In this document: in pieces, positions 55,601 to 64,000 of the stretch
Layout: every line of letters begins with the position of its first letter
Position numbering within the stretch: position 1 is the stretch's first letter
Source of the DNA: Catajapyx aquilonaris
Taxonomy: Eukaryota
Direction: 5' to 3'
Assembly (NCBI GenBank): GCA_000934665.2
Contig: KZ538411.1
Span: 1 to 64,000, forward strand
Length of the DNA: 64,000 nt
Translations under genes and position numbers: made by a program
The notes under the pieces: model-generated
Databases searched by the model: none
What the model saw: the letters and a program-made list of their open reading frames with translations, nothing else
Told to the model about the DNA's origin: nothing

Positions 55601-58462
55601 CGGGTCAGTGGGGATTTCTGACTCGCATCTAGGGGTCATCTTGGCGAACGGGCCCCCTGAGGGACTGCACACGACCCCCAACTTGATGACATTGCACATG
55701 CACCAGTGTCCCCCCCTCCTATCCCTACCCTGTCCCTGCACGATAGTGGTAATCCACTCCCCTAAGAGAGCCCATGGCTCTAGCACGGGGTATATCTTTA
55801 AAAAAAAACAAAAAACAAAAAAAAACATACTCTACAGCTCCCTGAGGCATGGCTAATGGTACTGTGTCTTGGCTCTGGGGGCAATCTCAGCATAACAGGG
55901 AAATCTTTTGGGAAGGTGTCTGCTCTCTTCCTGCCACTTTCCAGGCGGAACGAAAATAGGTGTCGGGATGTGTGGACTCATGTTCTTACTATGCATCCTG
56001 GCGTGATATTGGAGATACAGCTATGCAGGTTTTTGCACAGTAGGAGGAAGGTCCAATGCGTCCTTTGGTTGCAGAATGGTTCAAATCTGAGATAACTACT
56101 AAAGAACGGATTTTTAGGGTCTAAAATACCCTCAGATAGGTAGGCATTTAGGCCCCGAAAACACTCAAAATAGGCTCTTAACCCCTTGAGCCCCAGCCGC
56201 CTAGAATCCAGGCGCTGAGAACTCGACCGCCAGGTACCAGCTATACCTTCATCACCTAGATTCTTTTCTCTTCCGTTCCATTTGCATATAAGGACAAGGT
56301 ATTTTACAAATAATAATAGCTATACTTTTACATTCATGGTCTACACCATGCATGTTTTGGAAACAATTTTACTGGCATAGAAGTCCATTAATTAGTTTCC
56401 AAAAAGATCGCCGCACAGTATACCCGCTATATTTCCGCCTAGATTTTCTCTCCTGTTCTACTTACAAGTACTCTGAAGGTAAGGGCAAGATATTTTACAA
56501 ATAGATTGTAATATATTACCCTTTCATGCAAAACACAGCGTATGTATTGGAAACAATTTTCATTGGCTGAAAGTCTGTAAATTAATTTCCAAAAAGATCG
56601 CCGTAAAATATGAAAATTCGAGTACTACCGGCCAACTGTTAGGATGATTTAATTATGAAATACGTTAAAATATACAGAATAACAATCTTGAGAACCATGC
56701 CAGAAGACTTTGTTGAAATCGTTGCACTTTCCGAGAAATAAATTAATACTTTCCTGCGACTTGCCTGTCACTTCGGATTACTCCCATTTACTCGTTTCTC
56801 GAAAAGTACGACGATTTCAGCAAATCCATTTGGCATCCTTCTCAAAATTGTTATTCCGTATATTTTAACGTATTACATAAGTAAATCAGCCTAACAGTTG
56901 GCTGGCAGTACTCGAATTTCGGGTATTTACAGCTATCTTTTTGGAAATTAATTTAGGGACTTCTATGGCAGGAAAATTGTTTTCAACACATTCATAACGT
57001 TTTACCTGAACGGGTAAGTAGAGCTGTTATTATTAGTAAAATATCTTGTTTGTATCTTCAGCGCACGAGTAAGCGGAAAACTATGTGGTGGAGGGTATAG
57101 CTGGTACCTGGCGGTTGAGTTCTCAGCGCCTAGATTCTAGGCGGCTGGGGCTCAAGGGGTTAATTAGGCAATAAAAATCGAGCAAGTCCTACTTTATTTT
57201 CATTCCTATGCATTCATTCCTACAGACGACTCTTGGCCATGGAATTTTGCAGCACTACTATGAACTAGCAGTTGTTCCTTATTTTCGTAGTTAGTCAGTG
57301 ACGTCTGTCTGACAATACAACTTTATATGCTGAAAATGACCTTTCGATGTCACATGAAGCAACTGGATCATACTTGAAAAGTGAAATGTCTTCTACAGCC
57401 AGTTAATCCTGCATGACTACAGCGGCTTGGCCCTTCACATGTTGAAACAGGATGAATGCCTTGATCGGAAAACCCACAAAACTCTCGAAAATCTTACAGA
57501 ATGGCGGCCAAAAGGTGAGAATAGGCGCTAATAGATAATTTAGGTTCCAATACTCGATATAGGCAATTTTAGGTTCTATAAAACTGTGATTTTTGAGTTC
57601 CTTGTGTTATGAAATGGATAGATATTTTGGTTCCGGTGTTCTGCCTACAGAATAAAACGTAGGTAAAAACCTAGAAATCCATTCTCTAATAATTAATTAC
57701 TTGATTGGAAACAGGAAATGCATTTTGTAGTTGTCGTCTCAGGTGCATCATGAAAGAGCTGATTATTTGAATTTTGCTTCGCAGAATCTTCAACCCCATC
57801 CTTTATCTTTTTGTCAATGCATTTTTGAGCCATTTGGACAGTTTTTATGGGCCACACGAATGACCCATGACCTTTTCTGCATTCTCATTGATTTATGATA
57901 TAGTAAATATGCAAAGCACATGTGGCTGCTACCACCTCGACTCTCTTCTCTGCTCATGATTTATTCTGGAACGCCATTCAAAAATATTGATGCCAGTTCA
58001 TGCATAAGTCAGGAAATCATTGCTTGCTAATCCCAAGAGGAAATGTGTAAATGCATCCAAAAATAGCCCCCTGGCATGATATGCATACCTAGAACAAATT
58101 ATCATGCCCTGTCGTTATCTACCCTTCATGCCAGGCAAATATAATGAAGACTGACCCAATGACAAGGTTGACAATGCAGAGGTGGAAAGCCTTAGCATCT
58201 GGGTCTTCATATGCCAGCTGTTCCTCCTCTTTCTCAATCTTGCGCATGAGCTCCTCTGCTTCTTCATTCTGAGATGTCATTATGTATGACACACACAGGT
58301 TTGCCAGAACAATGGCACTGACTTTCAGGATCTGCGGTGCAATCAAGGCCAAGAAAGAAATTATTCATTAGTCAATTTGGGGAGAGAATGATTGCATACG
58401 GTACACTTTGTATTACAAACTTGCAATGCTTAGGAAGAACATTAATAATGATAATGATGATG

Positions 58463-58499
<37 letters not shown>

Positions 58500-58793
58500 A
58501 ACAACAACAACAACATCACGACATTTCCCTATGCGATGAAGGGAGACGCAAGCTAACCCAACATATGAACTAATAAAACTCATGAGAATAAACCTAAAAA
58601 CAACCTGTCCCACCCCCCACCCCTGCCAACCTCAGACATCACCTTATCCGCAGACAATATTTACCTATTTACCCATTAATTAACCTACGCCATTTACACC
58701 TATCCAAACAAACAACCCTAGCCTCAGCCACGTCCATGGTCCTATTGACACAAGAACGTCTCGGCTTAACACTAGCAACACCCTTAAGACACT

Positions 58794-58860
<67 letters not shown>

Positions 58861-61800
58861 TGTGGGGGTAGTGCTTTATCACCTTACCAGTATCTAGCAC
58901 GGACCTTTATTGTTATACAATCGTAGATTGCGTACGCGTCCAAGTTAGAACCATTTTCAAAGCCCCCGGGCCCACTGGCAGGATGACAGGAGGGGATGTG
59001 CAAAGTGCAGTGCAATGTCGTTGCTAATGTCATTTTGTGAGCTCCCCCGGGTGGATTGGTCTATGGAAATCCCACCCGAGACAAAGCCAGAGACGACCCA
59101 ACTCTGCACGAGATGAAGGGGGTGCCCCCGGGCTGGGATCGAACCTGGGACCTTAACATCCGTGGGTGCATACGTTACCGCAGTGCCACTTTGCCTCCCT
59201 TGCTTAGGAAGAACATCAGATGTTTAGTGTATTTCACTGTCATCAAGGTTAAAAGCTACTAGATAAAATGCATTTTTATTACATGCTGGGATTTCTATGC
59301 GTATTTTTGTGATTCTATACCTTTGAAAAATACATTAGCTTCTCATTGTACTGTACTGCCTACCTAATGAAGGTGGTTATCCAAAACAACACTTATGAAG
59401 TCAAAAACAAATGACAGAAGTCTTCTAGGTGATTGGGTAAAAATGAAGTTGATTTTTAGAGAGATAGGTACCACAAAATTGGAATCTCCAATACTTGCAA
59501 GTTGTTGTATGCTGATGTCCCTCTTTCATGCTGTGTCATATTTTACTACATGCAATTACCCCCCACAATCCCAACTTACATTCTCATAGTTCTTCTTAAC
59601 AATGGGTTCATAGAACCCAGTGGCCTCCTTGAACTTGGTCTCTTGCATGAAGAGCACATGTGCAACATTGAGCTTCCAGGTGTCACTCTCGTTGCAGAAC
59701 TCGACTGATTTTCTGAATATCTTCTCCACCTGTGGGTAGTTCTCAAGGTCCCAGTATATCTTGGCCTGCCCCATGAGCACAGGGATGTAGCGTTCAATAG
59801 CATCCTCATATTCTGCAACAACACGTTTTATTGCTTCATCTTCCCTGTTGTTTCGGGCCTCTTGCACCTGCTTGGTAAGCTTTCGAAGGGTCTCAGCATG
59901 TCGGGAGGCAATCTCATCAAACTTGCGGTAAGCCTCGTCTGGGGCTGTTTGCTGGGTTATCAGTGCATCCAAAAAGTCATAGAGGTATGGAGTCATGTGC
60001 CTAGAAAAAATGTAGTGGGAAGAGAGAATGTTAGTGTTATTGGTTACTTATTGGGTGTTGTACTTCATGTGTGAAGCCGAATGGAAAAGCTGCAGTAAAG
60101 GCAAAACAGGCCGAAAGATTTGACACAGATGCAAACAATTTTCTGATTAGTATGCATAATCTGATATTTAAAAGTATCGACTCATGTTTGCACATTTTCT
60201 AAAATACATACATTTAGAAGTGTGCTTTCATTAACTGAAAAATGAGATATTGATATATCGAAAATGAATTGAACATAATTGAATTTGCTACAGCAAAGGT
60301 AATTTTTGCACAAAATCCCCTAAAAGAGAGGCTGGCACTTTCGTGAAGCAGATTTAATGTGCCAAATGTTCCTATCGCATCCCTTCTGTTGGTAAAAGTA
60401 GGACAAAGTTAGACAGGAAATATTTTGTAATGGGCAAAAAATGCTTGACCTTACCAAAGCCTGATAAATTTTTTAAATGGATTTATTTGCAAACTCACTT
60501 GTCCCCTTTCATTTGACTGAACCTTTTATTACAATGTCATAAATTGCATTTGAGAAGCAGGCACTTTAGAGCAAGTAGCAAGTAAGGTGACAGATAATCT
60601 GTATGACATCTAAGTTTCTTGGTCTGCAAAAAAAAAGTTCCTGGTCTGAGATATATGTGTCAGGATGTTCTCAAGTTTCAACTGGTCACAGATGGCAGCA
60701 TGTTCTGGCAATAATTTTTATTGGCGTTTTTATGGCACTGGTAGGTGAGGCCCTATTTTTCGAATCACAATTGTTCACTAAAACTGATAATAAACTAACA
60801 GAACTTGATGAGGCATCCCATTGAAATTCCCTCCAAGTATTGCCACATTGTGAACAAAGGATTGCACAGCCATCAAGTTCAATTATTATCAGTTGTAGAG
60901 GGCTATGTGACTCAAAAATTATGTAAATATCTGACATTCCCTTGTTAGTGGGCACTTTGAAGCCCCCCCCCNCCCCCCCCCCCCCCCCCAAACTAAGCAG
61001 ACAACAACAAAAAAAAAGTGTCCTACAGATTCTTTGCATTGAGGTTCCACAAACCTATCAACCAGTTGTACTATAAAACACTCATGTTGTTCAATATGGC
61101 CAATTTCTTCACTTAATATAGCAAAGTTCATGGGACCATCATGTTCTCATTCATGTCAATATATTGATATGGCAGAGAGAAATGATCACATTTAATCCTT
61201 CTTATTGATTTTGTTCTCGAACCAATATTTTCCCAAAAGTAAAAGTTTCATTTTTTGGTACATGATTGGCACATCTACAGTATAAGGTAAAGACATTTTG
61301 CGTGTAAAAAGTACTTAAATAATACCCTCCAAAAAACTCTGTTGCATCATGGTGACACATACAGTTTGCTATATGAGCTAGCTACAAGATGAACTGAAGG
61401 AACAGAGAGAAACTGAACTAAAAGATGAACTGACCCGCCTGCTGATTTCGCAAATTGCAGCCCATCTCCTTCAAAAAATGCAGACTGGCAAATTTAGAAA
61501 CTGAATTATTTTCCCTGTGTCAACCTAGTAACTTCAGGCTCTAATTCTATAAGTCTCCTGTGTTGTCATTGAAATTGTCTGCTTTGAATATGCAGGCTAC
61601 AACTTTTCACCTGTAGCTAAACACTGTTAGAACATCTCACCTGTAGGTAAGATGGGCATAATCGGCCAGCACATCTGCTGCCAGATCATAGTATTCGTAC
61701 TTGCAGTAGAGAAGAAGTAGGTTCCCAAAGGTCTCAGGTGGAAATGGGTCATGCTGCAACAGGAACTGCAACTTTTCAAACCCTTCTGTAGGCTTAGTGT

Positions 61801-63054
61801 CCATGTTGAGGAGTGCCTGGTTGTGGAGAGTGACTGCATCCAGCTCATCCTCTGATCTTGGTGGCATATCAGTAAGGGCCTCCTTTGCTGAGTCGTGGTT
61901 TTTCAGCTGGTATTCAATAGCTGCCTTCAGGTTGAATGCCTCAACCAGGGATGTCTCATGGAGGGCTATTGTATTACCAACACTTCGGACCTCAATGCCT
62001 TCAGTTGTCATGCCTACAGAGAGCTCTGGATGCTCTCGAATGCCGTGCTCTATTATATCAGCTATATGGGATGGAAATAAGGAATGAGAAAATACAGGAT
62101 GTTACATGATTGAGTCTTGCTCAGTGATGCTTTGTAGCACAAATAGAAATGAGCAGGAGTCAATTCAGTGAGTTGCACTCCATGCATTTTGCAAAACGTG
62201 TGATGTGAAACCTGCTTACTATACCTTATGCATTTTAATAATTTGAAAATTATATAGTCTCAAAAATACAAACCTATATGCTTAAGGGCTGGTGAGTAGT
62301 CTTTCATCTTGTAGTGGCATAAAGCAATGTTGTATGACAGGTCGGGCTTGTACCCAAGCACCTGCATGGTGGAGCTGAACTTCTGCAGTGCCTCCTCAAA
62401 CCTCCCTTCTTTGAACAGCAGGCAGGCCCTATTGATCTCTGTGTCAGGGTCATCTTCTGGGCACTGATCAACCAAGCTTTTAGCTCCTGCAAGATCCTCT
62501 CCACCATACTTGATGGCTGCCTGAAGTTTGGTGACCTTCCCCTGGTACATTAGACTCTCAATCTGGCAGGTGATTTTCATGGCCTCCTCATAAAAGCAGG
62601 CTTGGTACAGGGCCTGGGCATAGTAGATGCGGTAGTCCTCCTCATCAGGAAACAGCACAGTTAGCTGCTCATAACAGTTGGCTGCACTCACAAAATCTTG
62701 TGTGTAGAAATAACAGTAGGCCAACAAGGACAGTCCTGCTCGTGACTACAGTTCAATGGGATTAAATTGTTTTACAAAGTTATATACAATGCTGTTACAA
62801 GTGCAAAGGTAGACTGACTCATGAACTTACAGTCTGATTGGCATCTACAATGCGACTAATGACGCTGATGGCCTCTTGGTATCTCTGCTCTTTTATCTAC
62901 AGGAAACCCCCCCAAGTACAATATGCAACATGAATATACTGGTGACTTACAGTTGAAACATTACTTATCCGCTCTCTCTCTCTAATATTACCATATGGTA
63001 GATAACTTTGGTGTACTGTCCATCCTTGATCTGTGTGACCACATTGCTGTTCAT
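49519..63054 (-). CDS. IFT70: Intraflagellar transport protein IFT70 / TTC30 (fleer, DYF-1), TPR protein, 8 coding exons, 652 aa
   Basis: complement join(62992..63054,62831..62896,62274..62745,61641..62061,59580..60000,58156..58331,54043..54251,49519..49649) = 1959 nt, all GT-AG, phases consistent. Motifs: SRAGLSLLAYCY, EAFNLKAAIEYQ, DMPPRSEDELDAVTLHNQAL, PFPPETFGNLLLLYCKYEYYDLAADVLA, WKLNVAHVLFMQE, GTLYCSKGNYEFGISRVIKSLEPY. Confidence 0.95.
49672..49953 (-). mobile_element. tRNA-derived SINE family B
   Basis: TGGCATAGTGG and GGTTCGAATCC boxes, anticodon-arm-like TCCGA-CTGATAA-TCGGA; 15-bp TSD GAAAATAATTACATT (49657-49671 and 49954-49968). Confidence 0.9.
50111..50331. repeat. Long hairpin (MITE core)
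   Basis: GTTATGACCTCTCAAACTCACAAGGGACACTTTCCAAGGTCTCACCGA and its near-exact reverse complement. Confidence 0.8.
51022..51590. mobile_element. PIF/Harbinger-type non-autonomous element
   Basis: TTA TSD; about 65-bp TIR AGGCCCRTTTCCAAAGRAGCTTCAGCTTGAAAAAGTG. Confidence 0.85.
51863..52605. mobile_element. Palindromic mariner derivative made of two inverted 3' ends
   Basis: TIR TGAGGGAGAATCAAAAAGT; both strands encode HLFGPMKK(H/L)LA..FSDIEEVKEAIPHWL.TQSD.FF.RGMEK..S.WDKC (mariner transposase C-terminus). Confidence 0.88.
52688..52796. mobile_element. Near-perfect hairpin MITE
   Basis: GGGTGGAATTTTCGT...ACGAAAATTCCACCC with a minimal loop. Confidence 0.8.
52913..53733. mobile_element. Tc1/mariner-type MITE containing a 169-bp hairpin (53005-53173)
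   Basis: TA|CAAGGTGTTCCA...TGGAATACCCTG|TA. Confidence 0.6.
53751..53912. mobile_element. Hairpin MITE, same family as 49242, opposite orientation
   Basis: TA|CAGTTCTGGTCATA...TATGACCAGAACTG|TA; shared CCAGCGACATTTTCCGAAGCGGCAGAA. Confidence 0.88.
54043..54251 (-). CDS. IFT70: IFT70 exon 7
   Basis: TLYCSKGNYEFGISRVIKSLEPYSKKLGTDTWFYAKRCFLSL...FLEHCE (in a frame not shown by the ORF track). Confidence 0.95.
54671..54703. mobile_element. 33-bp TIR-only transposon remnant
   Basis: 14-bp TIR CATAGACCTYAGAG, 5-bp spacer, 8-bp TSD GTAGCAAC. Confidence 0.8.
55407..55823 (+). mobile_element. Chimeric SINE (family B head/body plus type C body/tail), poly(A)-tailed
   Basis: 16-bp TSD AACATACTCTACAGCT (55391-55406 and 55824-55839). 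Confidence 0.88.
56100..57688. mobile_element. Older hAT-like element hosting the piggyBac MITE
   Basis: Imperfect TIR TARAGAAYGGATTTYTAGG; degenerate 8-bp TSD ATAACTAC/ATAATTAA. Confidence 0.55.
56182..57159. mobile_element. piggyBac-type fold-back MITE, 978 bp
   Basis: TTAA TSD; about 65-bp TIR CCCCTTGAGCCCCAGCCGCCTAGAATC; internal inverted and tandem repeats. Confidence 0.92.
58156..58331 (-). CDS. IFT70: IFT70 exon 6
   Basis: ILKVSAIVLANLCVSYIMTSQNEEAEELMRKIEKEEE...HLCIVNLVIG. Confidence 0.95.
58443..59200 (-). mobile_element. SINE family A plus RTE-type LINE 3' fragment within one TSD
   Basis: 16-bp TSD TGCTTAGGAAGAACAT (58427-58442 and 59201-59216); two (ATT)n tails; ORF remnant 58669-58788 ...MDVAEARVVCLDRCKWRRLING*. 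Confidence 0.85.
59580..60000 (-). CDS. IFT70: IFT70 exon 5
   Basis: HMTPYLYDFLDALI...FYEPIVKKNYEN; |gtaagt donor. Confidence 0.95.
61641..62061 (-). CDS. IFT70: IFT70 exon 4
   Basis: ADIIEHGIREHPELSVGMTTEG...ADVLADYAHLTYR; |gtgaga donor. Confidence 0.95.
62274..62745 (-). CDS. IFT70: IFT70 exon 3
   Basis: SRAGLSLLAYCYFYTQ...YNIALCHYKMKDYSPALKHI, TPR-like repeats. Confidence 0.95.
62831..62896 (-). CDS. IFT70: IFT70 exon 2 (IKEQRYQEAISVISRIVDANQT)
   Basis: ctgtag| and |gtaagt, phase 0-0. Confidence 0.9.
62992..63054 (-). CDS. IFT70: IFT70 exon 1 (MNSNVVTQIKDGQYTKVIYHM)
   Basis: ATG at 63054, |gtaata donor. Confidence 0.88.
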
Positions 63055-63199
63055 CCTACAACCAGGACTCCTCCAATAATTGGTATTGACACGACTCTTC
63101 CAGACACGGCCTTCTGGCCCAATTGAAATAGGTCTCTAGAAAATTTAAGTATGATTCATAACAAATTCAGCCTTCTGTAAGCCTCTGTAAAACCAAGAG

Positions 63200-63310
63200 C
63201 TGGTAAAACCCAATGCTAGCAACCAGGCTCGCAATTTCAAATCGATTTTTGCGCTGTGCGTCATATGTCCCGCCCCGCCCCGTGGTCCCGCCCCATTCGG
63301 ACGTTGCCAA
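63200..63310 (-). promoter_or_regulatory. Putative IFT70 promoter
   Basis: GC boxes (CCCGCCCC, about 63270-63295) and RFX half-site-like GTTGCTAG/GTTGCCA motifs 150-250 nt upstream of the ATG of a ciliary gene. Confidence 0.4.
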
Positions 63311-63353
63311 TTTTAGCCACTTTTATTCATGAACTATCTAAGGTGAGACTTGA

Positions 63354-64000
63354 TCATCTATATTTAATTTGGTTTAAGCCGCCATTTTTTTCAAATATTA
63401 TGCTTACCCTCATTATCATCCATTCAGGTGCGCATCGCGGACCTGCCGCAGGTGGGCGCGACACGCCGTGGCTCTCCAGGTGCAAAATTTGCTTGGGAAC
63501 CAGCGCCAACTGCAGAGGCGGTCTGGTACGAGTACGTCTCTCTACCTCAGGATCGTAGTCAGGATCGTAGTCAGGGTCGTACTCATCAGCCTCGTACTCA
63601 TCCTCGTACTCAACATCCTCGTACTCAGGACCGTACTCATCCTCGTACCCATCCTCGTATTCAGGATCGTCGTCAGGATCGTTGTCAGGATCATAGTTAG
63701 GATCGTAGTAAGGGTCATCCTCAGGATTGTACTCAGGCTGATCTTCCTCACACGACTCTTCCTGTTGCGAACTTTCTCCTTCGGATGGTTCATGTTCGCG
63801 AATGCTTTGGGCGTTTTTGAGCCATATTTGGGCCCTTTCAGACTCACCGCGATTTTGGCCATCTGATTTGCCAGAAATGGGGCTATAGTAATCCATCGTG
63901 AATGACTTCGAGTGCACTTTAAACGCGCTCCTGTATGATCTGGAACATTCCTCCTCAGCCGGCTTCAGAACACGGAAGACTGAACCACGCCAGCCGCCGG
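63354..64000 (-). CDS. Unknown acidic low-complexity protein, 3' part; frame open to the window edge
   Basis: At least 215 codons open. YDPD/EYED repeats from a 12-bp unit. AATAAA on the - strand at 63322-63327 just after the stop. Confidence 0.5.
   Translation of the reverse strand, partial: GGWRGSVFRVLKPAEEECSRSYRSAFKVHSKSFTMDYYSPISGKSDGQNRGESERAQIWLKNAQSIREHEPSEGESSQQEESCEEDQPEYNPEDDPYYDPNYDPDNDPDDDPEYEDGYEDEYGPEYEDVEYEDEYEADEYDPDYDPDYDPEVERRTRTRPPLQLALVPKQILHLESHGVSRPPAAGPRCAPEWMIMRVSIIFEKNGGLNQIKYR

Noticed and set aside
63468..63866. + strand hydrophobic ORF and other overlapping repeat ORFs
   Set aside because: Shadow frames of the 12-bp repeat; no independent support.

Overview
Eukaryotic (animal, most likely arthropod) genomic DNA, so most entries in the bacterial-style ORF track are spurious. 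Two spliced genes can be rebuilt with GT/GC-AG boundaries and consistent phases. (1) On the + strand, a PP2A B56 regulatory subunit of the gamma/delta (PPP2R5C/D, Drosophila wrd) type: 12 coding exons at 4337-46953, 596 aa, a 25-kb first intron, a GC-AG intron and several candidate alternative N-terminal exons. (2) On the - strand, IFT70/TTC30 (fleer/DYF-1): 8 coding exons at 63054-49519, 652 aa, tail-to-tail with the first gene with nearly overlapping poly(A) signals. An unidentified acidic, Tyr/Pro-repeat ORF runs off the right edge. Introns are dense in non-autonomous transposons: fold-back MITEs of Tc1/mariner, piggyBac, hAT, Harbinger and Sola-like types, and tRNA-derived SINEs with clear target-site duplications (TSDs). 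The most unusual signal is a modular SINE system: shared heads with swapped tails, a TSD-bounded chimeric SINE, and a SINE carrying an RTE-LINE 3' end. I found no CRISPR array, operon or other prokaryotic system. Homology calls are from recalled family motifs, not database searches.
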